Source of the DNA: Sphaerodactylus townsendi
Lineage: Eukaryota
DNA: 64,000 bases
Direction of reading: 5' to 3'
NCBI RefSeq assembly: GCF_021028975.2
Contig: NC_059428.1
Span: 109,864,001 to 109,928,000 of the forward strand
A program made the position numbers and the translations under genes. Shown here in pieces: positions 26,282 to 39,241 of this stretch (position 1 is the first letter of the stretch; each line of letters opens with the position of its first letter). The notes under the pieces were generated by a model. It had not been told where the DNA came from. It saw nothing but the letters and a program-made list of their open reading frames with translations, and searched no databases.

Positions 26282-27545
26282 TTCTAAACGCTCACTGGCA
26301 ATGCCAAGCTGCAGTTCCCTGGCTGTGTCTAGGGATGTATGCTTAGCACTGTATAATGAGCAATACATACATTACAACCATATTCCAGGAAATACTGATG
26401 TGGTGCTAAGTACTGGCTATGGGAGTGAACTACCATTTTTTTAAAAATCCCCTGGTGAGATTTCTGCCACAAATTCGCCAGTCAGCTTCAGGAGAACCAC
26501 TCCCATGACCATCACGCCTCATCTGTAATATGGGAGTCATATTACCTTTGAAGGGAAGTGTGTAAGGAGCACAAGATGATGTATGTGAAACACTTTGAAT
26601 GTTCTAAGGTGATATATAAATGCTAAGTATTATTATCTAACACCTGAATAGTTGTGACAAAGATAAGTAAGGCATAGAATGTGATGAGGATCTGTTAGCT
26701 TCTTCCTCTCCAACCGCAGGAGACAGAATCAAGAGAAATAGTTGCTATGGTAAAATAAGACAGCAAAACTTGTTAAGTAGCAAAATACATTCAGACTGGA
26801 AGATTTACAGAGGTATGAAATTCAAATTTCCTTTGCACCACATTACATTTATTTGCAACTCGGAAGTGCTTTTAGGCTAGTCATTGAACCTATGATACCA
26901 AGAATGTTTTTTGTCAGTTCTACCTCAAAACACCACCCACCGTAAGCACCCCAATTTGGACATAACAACTACCACTGTGGCATTGTAACTTTCAATCTAG
27001 TTTACGCTAATGTTCTGTCTGTGGTCTACTCAATGATGTCTGAAAGTTCAACTTTTTTAAAAGCCTCCAGTGAAGGTTGGTCATGAGCAGAAAATTATAC
27101 CAGTGTTAAATCATTTCTTGCCTTCTTGGAACAACTGAAGGTACCAATTTTAATCTAAACAACTTGGGCTATGGAGACCATACAGTTTCACATGCTAACA
27201 TCATCTTTAAGAGGGTATGAAACTTATTCCTCTAGGACAGTCCAACATAAACATTTAGGACAGTCCAACATAAACATGAAATAAAATAATATATTTTCAT
27301 GGGGCAAAATAAAATTGTGAGCCCACACAACTCAGGGCTATATTTCCAGTGGAAAACTGAACGACGTTTAAATATGCAAAAAAAAAATCATGCACCTTAA
27401 ACATCTTCTGTTCTTCAAATTATGATTATTAAGCAGCTAATATTTATTAAAGCTCTGCTTCAATTCACTGCAATTGAACTTCAGCAAAAATATGGTATGG
27501 GTGGATAAGTGGATGGCAAGTAGAGAAACATGGAATATGATTTAC

Positions 27546-27621
27546 CTTGTTTCTTGTTTTTATTTTCAATTTTGTCTTCTGTTTCCTTTTTAATTTCTTC
27601 TTACTTAACAGTTTTTTACAC
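27546..27621 (-). CDS. MYCBP2: MYCBP2 exon 2 (R-CKKLLSKKKLKRKQKTKLKIKTRNK, basic stretch)
   Basis: 76 nt, TTAG| acceptor, AAG|GTAAAT donor; homologous to human NKKILNKKKLKRKQKSKSKVKTRSK. Confidence 0.93.
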
Positions 27622-29602
27622 CTAATATAAAAAGAAACACAGGCATTATTTCAAAGTAAAGACACATACAGTAGATTTTGTGGCTTTTAGATCCCATTGC
27701 TTCATACATAGCAGAAACAAAAGTATCATATGCTCTTAACAAAGCTATTGAAATTAGCCTCAGGCCAAGGCACCAAAATAGAGACATTTTATATCACTGT
27801 TTGATCTGATATGAAGCTATCACATGAAATAAGCTTCCATGTTTAATCATTCTTTTCACCCCATTATGAACAGGGTTAGACAAGTATCTTAGTAAACTTT
27901 CAATATTTTTTCTGGCACATCCCAGTAATAAATACCTCATTATTTCTTAACAGGCTTAAGTTGCTATAACACCCAGTATAAAAGGTGGATAGAATGCAAG
28001 AAAATTCACTGATACATGATCAATGATATTTTCACTGACAGTAAATTTCAGCCCATCTGAAAAAACTGGCATTCCACATTAATATTTCTCTGTCTCACTA
28101 CCATTAATTTGGAAACAGTTAAGCAGCTGATACAATTACACCTCATCTTCATGGTGCCCAATATTTCAGGCCAGCAAAGGACAACAATATTTCCATAATT
28201 TTTTTCTTTACTCCTTGGGATTCAATTTGCGGCGCTTCAGATTCCAAGGATCTGATTTTTGATTAGCAGAATCTATAGAGGAAAAAGAACAGGCTCATTC
28301 CTCACTTTTTAAACTATTTCCCCCTTGAGGCAACAAACATAAGGGACACTTTCCTTAAGTGACTTGAACGATTTTGGGGAGGCTTGAGAAAACTATATGG
28401 ACGCTTCCACTTATTCCTAAAGAGTGCTTTCCTGACACTTTTTAAAAAATGGCTGAGATCTCCATAGATGTCTTCATTGCAGTGGGGGAGGAAGGAATTA
28501 ATAATATATCTGATTATCACCATAGTCCAATCTGTGCATACTTAAATCCAGACAATGAACACATGGGGTCTTTACTAGGAAACCACAACAATACTGCCAG
28601 ACTTTAAGCCTTGGTTTCTGACTGCAGATGACAGGGTCTGTTCCAAGCCAGCAGCAACCAACAGGTGACTGTCTGCCTTCCAACTTCCATGACTCACCCA
28701 GAGCTGGCTACTTGCTACTACCAACAGCAGCCACCCTACAAAAGCTAGTGTGGTGTAGTGTTTAAAGTTTCAGACTAGGATTTCAATCTAGCCCATTCTG
28801 CCATGGAAGCATATTGGGCCAGTCACACACCCTCAGTCTCATGTACCAGGATTGTTGTGAGGATACAGTGGAGGAGAGAGACACAAGCTCATAGGGTCCC
28901 CAGTTGAAAAAAGATGGAGCACAAAGTAAATAAGTGAAGTTTTCTGCAGTAGGATAAAAAAAATGGGTGGGTGGGTGGGTGGGTAAGTGGATGGCAAGGA
29001 GAAAAGAAAGCAGATAAAGGTGGGGAAATGAGGGCTGCCAGGAGAAAGAAAACAGTTTTTCCAGGGACAGGCAATCAGAGAGAAGGAAAGAAAGAAAGCT
29101 GAAGATGGGGTGGAGATAAGGGTAGGCTGGATGATGGCTGGGGAGCAAAGAAAGAAGCAGGAAAGGAGGAGAGGTTGTGAGAGCTTTCAGGGAAGGAACA
29201 GAGTAGAGCGGGGGAAGGGGAAATGTAATGCCACTCACAAGTGCTTATGGTCCCCCACTTGTCATTCTTTAACTGCAAGACCTGATCTAATAGGATTGCT
29301 TTCTTCAAATCCCATATACATACTAAGCAGTGCTCACATACCACTAAACAGAACAACATAGATTATCATGAAACTTTACAAAGAACGGCCTAATGAGAAA
29401 TCATCCATTCCAAGGTGTAGGCTTACATAAACTCAAAAATTATTTCACCTTTTAAATATGTGCATTAGCAAACTCTTAAGAAATTCATCCATGACATAAT
29501 GACTGGGATATAGTTAATCACAGGTCACTGCTCATTGTCAGAAGAAAAGGTAACCTTTCTCCTATTATAATACAGCAAACTGAAAAAAGAAGCCCTTGTT
29601 AA

Positions 29603-29777
29603 ATGTATTGTTGAAGGCTTTCACAGCTGGACACAGTGTGTAACAGGACAGTGTGTGTAACAGACTTCTCTCTGTGATACACCTCTGAAGATGGCAGCCA
29701 CAGATGCATGCGAAACGTTAGGAACAAGATCTACCAGACCACGGCCACACAGCCCAGAAAACCCACAACAACCAAGT
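29603..29777 (+). mobile_element. Penelope-like element remnant with a hammerhead-like motif
   Basis: Same family as 13104; TSD CCTTGTTAA; CTGAAGA...GAAAC core. Confidence 0.75.
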
Positions 29778-30499
29778 CCTTGTTAATTTTACAAGATTGT
29801 AGTTAATCTACTAATTAAACCTTGTATCTCTATGCACAACTCCCTTTTGCAATGTCCTTTGCAGTGCTATGCATCTTCAACACTCCTTGGTTGCATAACA
29901 TCAACAATATCAAGGTTTGCTGAAAGAGCAATCTAGATCACAGCACTATCTGACTGGTGGACCATAGTAAAAAACATCTCCAGCACTAGCATCGCTATTA
30001 AGGAGCACTTATTTGGAATGTGTGACCTACATGTACAACTAACACTATAAAAAAGCATGGAGAGAAAACTGGTCACATGCGGATAATAAGCACGCACAAC
30101 TTGTAACCCTATCAACAGCCAGTTAACCACTAGTGAGCGGAACAATAATGTAAAGATCATAACAGAAAACAAGAAGCAATAACTAGACAAAAGGATTTCC
30201 CAACCATCAAAAGAAGCCAAGAAAGGGACTACATGGAGAACGACACAAGGCATAAGCATGATTATTGAGTACTGATTGTAAAAAAGTATACCCCACACTC
30301 CTCAGCCAATACAGGTTGTCAGGGCAGCTTACGAATCACAACACACATTAAAAATGAGTAGTATCATCAAAGCCCCCCCCCCAAAAGTATGCACTCAATA
30401 AAATGACTGAGTCTTCACTGGACGTTGCAGTCTTAACTAACTTGGCACCAGATGCTTCATTAAAAATTTCAAATTTATTTTAGTCTTCTTATTGATTTC

Positions 30500-31020
30500 A
30501 TAGCTTAAGAAAGATCCACTTTTTTCAATTTATTCCAATTGGGGCTTGAAATTGTCAGCCCCACAACATCAACATAACTTTTCATTATCAAACTCTCCTC
30601 CATCCACTTTCAGTCCTTTAATTGTAGGATCTTGTCTGATCTAGGTTGCCAACATCTCTAGCACAAGAGTGAATAAAAGTGGTGATAGTGAATATCTTTG
30701 ACGTGTTTCTTTTTCAATTTGAAATCTATCACTAAAAATTCCATTTATGTGTCTGCTACTTTGTATAAATATTCTATGTCCAATTCATACATCTTGAGAT
30801 TCAATTTAATGCTCCAGGCACTTTCAATAAAAAAGACTGAGCTGTATTACGGAACACTTTTTCAGCATCTGAACATAAATATTGGGTTTTTTTCTTTTTT
30901 CATTAATTCTATTGCATTAATCACAAAATGGACATTGTCCTTCATATAACTCTTTGGTACAAATCCAGTCTGGTCGAATGAATTATTTTTATTACACATT
31001 TATTTTAGTCTCTCTCCCAT
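30500..31020 (-). mobile_element. Old L1/Tx1-clade RT fragment
   Basis: Minus-strand DQTGFVP and LSPLLFTLVLEMLA-like motifs. Confidence 0.65.
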
Positions 31021-32016
31021 TAGGCAACACTGAATCAGGAAGTATTGTGAAGTCGGCAGAGAAGCACAGGCATATCTTGAGGCGGGGGTGGGTGGGTCTC
31101 GCAACCCAGACATCATTGATCCCAGTCATGTGAGAGTGCAGTTGCCCAGCCGCCCCCTCCCTCCCCATCTCATTTGCCTAACACCTCATTCCCACCTGCC
31201 GCCTCAGTCTTGCGCCCACCACCTAGCTCTCCCATCCACCCACTCCTTTGGAGTGGTAGAGGCATAATTTCGGGGGGGGGGGGGCGCAGTTTTAGTACTT
31301 GTTCCAGGCACTATTTTCTGGCAGTACGCCACTGCAGGAGGAAGTCAGCATGGGGGAGGCATAAGCTGAGCAGAAGAACATGGCAGCTGAAAGAGTGCTG
31401 GCAAAGGAGTTGGAAGGAACAAAGCACAGGACAAGAATGTGGTGAGCTAATAATCTCAAAGCTTTTGTGAGTAACCCAAAAACTGAGACTGTTATGACAT
31501 TTGTACTATGGTGGAGGTGCTGTCAACAGTTTATAGCCTCCCCTTCCAAAAGGCTGATTCGAGAGGAGCTCTGAGGACATCTTGGGAAGACCTGGTGAGT
31601 TGTTCCAGAGGCCTATGTGGATGGACAGCTGTCTGAGCATACCAGTATATCACCCATTGTGGAAACTCCTGAGTTCTCTGGGTCATGTAACCTACTGGGT
31701 GTTTTGGGAATACCTGGGGGGTGGGGTTAGGGTCCACTAGCAATAAGACTGCAGAGCTATTTGCAGAGCATAAAGTGGGCCTGGCATGCATGACTGAAAC
31801 CTGGGTGAAAAAGGGCAAGATAGTAGCCCCAAAAGAACTGCCCCCCACTGGTTTTCAGTCCTCCGCCAGACATGGACAACAGGTCGGAAGGTGGGGTGCT
31901 GATGTTTATCTGGGAGGCTTTCTGCATTAAGCCATTCATCAACCCAAACATCCCAGGTACTGAATGTGTAGGCCTCAAGTGAAATGCTGAAGAGTTTGGC
32001 TATCATGAAAACAGTA

Positions 32017-32368
32017 CATAAGAACATAAGAAAGAGCCTGCTGGATCAGACCAGAGTCCATCTAGTCCAGCACTCTGCTACTCGCAGTGGCCCACCAGGT
32101 GTCTATGGGAGCTCACATGCAGGAGGTGAAAGCAATGGCCTTCTGCTGCTGCTGTTCCCGAGCACCTGGTCTGCTAAGGCATTTGCAACCTCAGATCAAG
32201 AAGGATCAAGATTGGTAGCCATAGATCGACTTCTCCTCCATAAATCTGTCCAAGCCCTTTTTAAAGCTATCCAGGTTAGTGGCCATCACCACCTCCTGTG
32301 GCAGCATATTCCAAACACCAATCACACATTGCGTGAAGAAGTGTTTCCTTTTATTAGTCCTAATTCTC
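32017..32368 (-). mobile_element. CR1 3' end (same subfamily as 39242-42161)
   Basis: CATAAGAACATAAGAA tail and clear colinearity with 39242-39625. Confidence 0.9.
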
Positions 32369-33040
32369 CTACATGTGAAAGGGATCTGGGAGTCCTAGTA
32401 GACCACAAACTGAACATGAGTCAGAAGTGTGATATGGCAGCCAAGAAATCCAATTCAATTCTGGAATGCATCAATAAGAGTATAGTGCCTAGATCAAAGG
32501 AAGTAATTGTATCACTCTACTATACATTGGTCAGACCTCACCGAGAGTACTGTGTTCAGTTATGGGCACCGCTATTTAAGAAGGATATTGACAAACTGGA
32601 TTGTGTCCAGAGAAGGGCAACCAAAAATGGTAAAAGGTCTGGAATCCATGCCCTACAAAGAGAGACTTAGGGAGCTGGGGATGTTTAGTCTGGAGAAGCA
32701 AAGGTTAAGGAGGGACATGATAACTCTGTTTAAATATTAGAAGGGATGTCATGTTGGTGAGAAAGCAAGCTTGTTTTCTATTGCCTTAGAGACTAGGAGA
32801 CGGAGTAATGGATTCAAGGTGTAGAAAAAGAGATTCCATCTAAACATTAGGAAGAACTTTTGTCAGGGCTGTTTGACAGTGGACTTCACTGCCTCAGAGA
32901 GTGATGGAGTCTCCTTCTTTGGATGTTTTTAAACAGAGGTTGGATGATCATATGTCAGGAGTGCTTTGATTGTGTGTTCCTGCGTGGCAGGGGGTTGGAC
33001 TTGATGGCCCTTGTGGTCTCTTCTAACTCTATGATTTTAC
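32369..33040 (+). mobile_element. CR1 3' fragment of another subfamily
   Basis: [31 protein letters not shown] and VQRRATK motifs; 3' tail TTCTAACTCTATGATT. Confidence 0.9.
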
Positions 33041-33987
33041 CCACAGCCATGGATTACCTGTTGGCCTGGAACTAAAGAGCAATATGTTGTAATGGTTTCA
33101 TTCAAACTGGCAGATGGTACTGTGAAGCTACCACAGTTGCCATGGAGTTCTATAGGATCTTTCTCATGCTTTTAAATATCTACATTAACCTATCAGGAAA
33201 AGTACTGTTGAAGGCTTTCCGCCTGAATCAACTGGATGTTGTGTATTTTCCAGACTGTGTGGCCCTGATCTGGAAAAGGTCATTTGGATACCTGAGATAA
33301 GGCATCATCAGATGACACCAACTTCATTTCTCCTTTTCATTTGAAGCAGACAAGACAGTGGAAACTGAAACCATGTATAGAGTCTGTGATGGCATGGATG
33401 AAGTTAATAAACTGAAGCTGAATCAAGACAATACAGAGTACTACTATTGGAATGCAATTTTTCACACCAATGGAGGTGGTGTTCAGTCAACTGCATCTCT
33501 TGCAGCTTGAGATTTGCATACTGAACAGTATGTATGCTCAGGAAGTATCAGCGGCTTTGAGCACATTATACCAACCTGGGTTGGTACACCAGCTTTTACT
33601 CTCTTAGAAAAAGGAAGATCTTGCCATAGTGACCCATGTTACATCTAGACTTGATTATTATAATATGTTGTAAACTGGGATGTCTCTGAAAATTTCAAAG
33701 ATCAAAAACAACTTCTGCAACCACATTACTAACTGAGATATGCCACAATGAGAACAGGTCTCAGGTGCACTTTCAGACAGAATATAGAGTGCAGGTATTA
33801 ACCATTAAAATCCTAAAAGGGAAGGGACTGGGGGCTTTCCATGATGCAACTGGAGGAAGAAACAGAAGTAGCATTCTGCAGATGAAAATCCTTCTGCCTA
33901 TGGGAAAACCTGATGACCTAAGTCTGTCCTTTTTGTTCTGATATGTTCCCTCCCGCCATCACCACACACCTGCTTTTATCAGTGTTT

Positions 33988-34012
33988 ATATATATATATA
34001 TATATATATATA
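33988..34012 (+). repeat. (TA)n microsatellite
   Basis: Read directly. Confidence 0.95.
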
Positions 34013-34014
34013 AA

Positions 34015-34247
34015 GAGCCTGGGGTGTTGTATGAGCTTCATAGATGTATAACCATATAACAGTAGCAGAAGTTTCCCAAGACGTTTTGCCAGATTCTGTA
34101 TTGGCATCTTCAGTGAGATCCTCTGAAGATGCCAGCCACAGATGCAGGCAAAACGTCATGAGAAAATGCAACTAGAACACGGCCACGCAGCCTGGAAACC
34201 ACACAACACCCCAATGATTTCAGCCGTGAAAGCCTTCAACAATACAT
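34015..34247. mobile_element. Penelope-like element remnant, head-to-head inverted pair
   Basis: GGCATCTTCAG immediately followed by CTGAAGATGCC; ends GAAAGCCTTCAACAATACAT. Confidence 0.75.
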
Positions 34248-37200
34248 TATGCTATGTCTTTTCTAAAAACAACTATGGCTGTTTTCATTCTTGTTTTAAT
34301 TGTAAAATGGACCCAAAGATAAAGTAGTCCCAAGTCAGAAAAGAGGCAAAAGGTGTTTTGAGTACACAGGGAAAACTGGAAAAGAAGATCTGCAGGAGAA
34401 AGGTAATGACATTTGTGCCTCAGGCTTAGGGTGGCTAGTCAGCCAATAAAGGTTTTATCAACATAGAAAATACAAAACATGATATGCTTCTTGATTGAGT
34501 AGAAATGTAAATTTCAGTTTCTAATTTAACTTGGTTCACATTGTATAATACTGCTCAAAATCTATTCTACATTAAAAACACTAACAGTAATAATTATGTG
34601 CCATGAAGTCACAACCAACTCAACTAATAGTTAAGTAGATGCATTGTAAAAAAAAAAATCTAATGCATACATAAACATTAGCTAATTACTTAAAAGCTAC
34701 CAAATCCTACATTAACTGGATACAAGCCTATTCCCAGACATTTAACACAATGAAATCACTTAAAATTGAAGGGTAGGGATTTCTCAGCCTTGTCAGATTT
34801 CTACTATACTTGAAGAAGACAGTTCACCACATCCTGGAAAACCCCGAAACGGTGGATTAAGAAATTAGTAAGATCTTGAAGCCTCAGCATGCTAACCAGA
34901 CTAATTCATCAGGCTAAAATCCGCCAGAAAGGTAACCTCAAGGTGGATTCATTGCACTAAAAGAGGACATATGAATCAATTCCATGAGCCAATCCAATTT
35001 CGTTTATTTGCACAGAGGTCTGGAAGATGAAGATTGTTGTTTCAAGATACTGGATGGATCATGGACACACATGCAGATATATGCAGTATGGTTCCACGCT
35101 TCTCCACACAGTTGGCAAGCAGTCTCAAAGTCACTTCTTGATTTTGTACTAATATTTTCTTATCACAATCCCCCCCCCAAAACAAACACTGAACACAGTA
35201 TGAAAGAATTTCTTTGTTTTCTGAAACTAAACCTTTCATGTGTCAAAATGTAAGCTTTATCATCAAGTCAGCTTTATGAGAATCTTGTTAATTATATATA
35301 TCAGTAAGCAAGACTCTCTTGTTCTTCTTCAAGTCTACCAACAGCAAATTAAATTCCTCTTTTCCTTCTTGTATTTCTAGCATTTACTGTCAATATTTCC
35401 AAAATTTTAGATATAAAAGGTATTAAATAAGATTACACTATCATTTAATAGCAAATTTTCTTCACTGATAAATAATACAAACATTAATCAAAAATCTCAT
35501 AGTTGGACTTTTTTTTCCATTTCTGCCTATAACCTGGATGATTTATTTTATCTTCCTGTAACAAAATGAGCTACACATGAACATAAATGGTTTAAGTTTT
35601 CCAATACTGCACTGTCAGATCCGTTTCCCTCATGATCATAAGTGATGTTCCCAGCTTCCTTACAATAAGCCCTAATCTATATCTATCAGTCCCATCCAAA
35701 GGAGGAAGACTGAAAGGGCTAGAGGGAGCAGTGCAGCCATGCGCCAGCACATTCCCCTTCCCCGGTGCACTTGTCTTGGAGGAGGAGGTAGACAAGCCAG
35801 CAGCCACTTGTCCAGCAGCTCCACAAAGGCAAAAACTGGATGTCTGGGCCACAGCAGGGCTTTCCTGGTGTCCTGCTCAAATGTCAGCGGGGGGGGGGGG
35901 GGCAGGCTGGAGCCTCCCAGGGGGTGGGTCAGAGTTTAGGGTCAGTTGTGCAAAAGCACCAGCCCTCTGACATATGCTATATCGTATCTCCCTATCTCTC
36001 TATTGGTGTCATCATCATAACATATAATTTACTAAGGAATTGAATGAATCAACAACTAATTTTCCACCAATGGGTGAGCAAGATTCACTTCCAGCCATGA
36101 AAGTGAGTCCTGCACATTGATTGGTTGGAAGCCGCTACCCTGGCACCATTCTCCCCAGTGCCCCCCCCCCCCCCAAAGAATGATACAGACCTGGCAGGGC
36201 ATGGGCAACAAGCTGCCCTCCTGCCTGGCCTGGCAACTGCCTTCCCATTGTTATGGCCCTGATCACCCCCATATATTATTGCAATATATTTCTCTTTAAA
36301 ATCATATTGGCAGAAGCCAGTTTTCACAGCACCTCTCTGTGTAGGTAGCAGCATGTTCACCTGACAGCAAGCCAAAGGTCAAAAGTTTGCTTTAACATGA
36401 TCTAATTAAGAGAATGAGTTACTCCTGCATAACCTGTAGGTCTCATCCTGTTTAAGGGCATGATTGATTACCATGCAAAGATACTGTTAAGACAAAGAGT
36501 ATGGAAAGCCACCTTAGCATCAGATACTGCATTTCCTTATCTCTTCTGGAAACCAAGTCAGCAACCATGGTTGCTCCTCTGAATCTCCTCTACCTTTGTT
36601 ATGACTTTCCTAAACCACTCACCTTACCCTGGTCTAAATGTCTCAGCTAAATCTGAATATCTTGGGCAGTGACTCTAAAGAGTTAATCTGCATGGAAGCC
36701 TTTCAGCGTTTCCCACTCCGTTCTAAGCTTCTTAATCAAAGCGAATTTGGCCCCACATTGTCCCAAGGCTTAGCAATAATTGAGGCTGATTAACTTCAAG
36801 CTCTGCTCCCCCAAACCCAGCACAGATGTGAAACTTGGTGCAATTGGTTCCTTTTCCCGCCAAGAAACGATCTACCCTATAAAAGTTTAGTTCACCTGCA
36901 ACACCTTGCTCATTACTAGCCTGTGCCTCCCTTGGTCTGGTCAGTTTGAGACACGATATCATCTTCTACTGGGTTTCTGTGCTGGCATGGAATCCCTGCC
37001 TTCTACTGCTTCGTGTGCTTCTTAGATCGTTAGGTAACGTATCACCCTGCTAATTCCCAATTCCCTCTCTATCCTCCTACCTACTTTTCAAACCTTTCTA
37101 TATACTAGGAACTTGAATGTGTGTGCTCTTATGCCTTACTGGCCTGGCAACACCCTCCCCAATCTCCAATTCACCCTCTTCCACCTCCCAAAGGTCAAGC

Positions 37201-38511
37201 TGGGCCTGGTGGAGCAGCAACAGCAAAACCACCCTCCTGTTTAGACTGGCAGCAGCCTCCCCAATCCCCTTCCCCCCATCAACAAAACTTGCATCGAGGG
37301 GCCTCCGCAGGCAGAGAGACCAATCATGGCCACCAGAGGCTGTGGAAGAAGGCCGCCAGGGCAGGCAACCCTGGAAAGGTTTATTTTTATTTGCAGCGGG
37401 GTGGCAGCAGCGGGTGGCAAGCGAGAGGGTCAGCAGGCAAGCAAATGGGCCGGCAGGGGAGATGGCAGGTAAAGCAGAAGCGCATTGTGGGAGAAAATGC
37501 TTGCTCACCCCCCCTTTCCTCCAGCTTGTTGCATTTCCTCTGCAATAGGCTTTACTGCTAGTAGATACATAAAATGCAAGGTTTATTGGTGTCAGCTCAC
37601 TTTTAAAAAGTGGTTCAGGCACATCAGTGGAGTGGATAAGAAGCAGTGAAACAAGAGTATGCAAGGTATATTGGCAACAACTCAAGTTTTCTAGAGCTCA
37701 TTTTATTTTGTCGTACAAAGGGCTTTAGTGCTAGTTTGAAATGTTTTAATAGCAGCTGTATCTCCTCCCTCTTTTCTAAACAATGCTTATTTGATTACAT
37801 TTACTGTCTGCCTTCCATGCTGAAATTCACAGGTGGAATTACTAAGCCAGGTGTGTTCATGTTATTGGTAAAGACCAGGGTAGACTCCTAATCTGGGGAG
37901 GCCTAGATTTGATTACCCACTCCTCCACATGAGCTTAACGAGATTCCTTGCATCTGGTGAACCAGATTTTGTTTGTTCCCCTATCTCCCACATATCCAGC
38001 TGGAATTTGATTCTTTTGCAGCCCCACCTGAGATGCCTGAGGTGGGGAGAGGAACTGAAAGGAGTTTGTAAGTTACCTTGAGTCTCCTTACAGGAGACAA
38101 AGGTGGGGTATAAATCCAAACTCCTCTTCCTCTTCTCTATATAGAAATGGCCAATGCAACCAACAATATGAGACATCTAATAAACAGTATACTAGTATGA
38201 AGAAGATCTTAAACAAGCACAGAATATTAAACCTAATAGAGAATGCAGATACAATGGAGAAAGGTCCACCGTACCACTGAGAAAATAATCAGCTTATACA
38301 GAAAAAATCAGTCAGAGGAAAAAACAGATAACCAGCGAAAGCCAGAAACAAGGTAAAACACATTCAGGAAGGACCGATGTAGGCTCAATAACAACTACAA
38401 AACTATTTTAAACCAAGTAACTATCACTAAACCCCTGAGAAGAACTATAATAATATACATACCGAAGGACCCCAGAACACTACGTCAGGAAAGAATGTCG
38501 GCAAGGGAAGG

Positions 38512-38604
38512 CCAAGATGTCACCCTAGCCGTCCATAAGAAAGACTCTTCACGGTGAGTATCCGATGGACCTTTCTCATGGAGGCTGGTGACATCTTGTC
38601 TGGG
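38512..38604 (-). repeat. DIRS internal complementary region (ICR); second, inverted copy at 47445-47537
   Basis: Contains TTTCTCATGGAGGCTGGTGACATCTTGTCTGGG, the exact complement of the terminal 33 nt (48541-48573), abutting ...ATGGACC, which is complementary to the left-end remnant GGTCCA. Confidence 0.88.
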
Positions 38605-38657
38605 TCCTCCTACAGCAGTGTCCCAAAAATAGGGAGGGCCTCTACATTGAAACTCCT

Positions 38658-39241
38658 CTAATAACTTATGCTCCAAAATCGTCTCTTAAGGCCAAAGGAG
38701 GCTTGGACTTGCAGTTGATGTAACGCCAACTGATAAAGTGCCGCATACAAATCCGAAAAAGGGGTAGACCCCAGGTGGCTGCCACTGCAAATATCCTCTA
38801 AGGGGAACAGCAGCTTATAGAGCGCGGCGTTTGGTGCCGCGCTCCTGGTGGAATGGGCCGTGATTCCCTGCGGAATGGGTATGTCCAATGCCTTATGGGC
38901 CTCTACTATACAGGCTCTAATGGTGGAACTAATTGCTGCCTTGAACATCGGATTTCCTACATTTGGAGGAGTAACATTAATGAACGACGACTCAGACTTC
39001 CGAATCTCCTCAGTTCGAATGTTGAAGGCTTTCAATGCCCGTCGCACATCGAGATGATGCCACAGTCGTTCATTAGGATGCTCCAGCTTGGGACAGAAAT
39101 TGGGAAGCACGATGACTTGTTTAAGATGGAAATCCGAGGCCACCTTTGGACGAAACACAGGATCAAGCCGTAGAGTGACACTATCCTTTGAGAAGAAGCA
39201 AAGATTCTGATTAACCGAAAGCGCCTGGAGCTCAGAAACTC
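38658..39241 (-). pseudogene. DIRS tyrosine recombinase, C-terminal part (VSELQAL...HSTR...)
   Basis: Continues the RVSEL motif once the CR1 is removed; FRPKV, LDVRRAL and AHSTR motifs. Confidence 0.88.

Noticed and set aside
31984-32670. 228-aa ORF
   Set aside because: Chance read-through of an antisense CR1 tail into a sense CR1 ORF2 fragment.
37098-37685. Overlapping 143-195 aa ORFs (likewise at 7853-8463, 11744-12723 and 52710-53700)
   Set aside because: They lie in GC-rich non-autonomous transposon interiors and show no protein motifs or splice structure.
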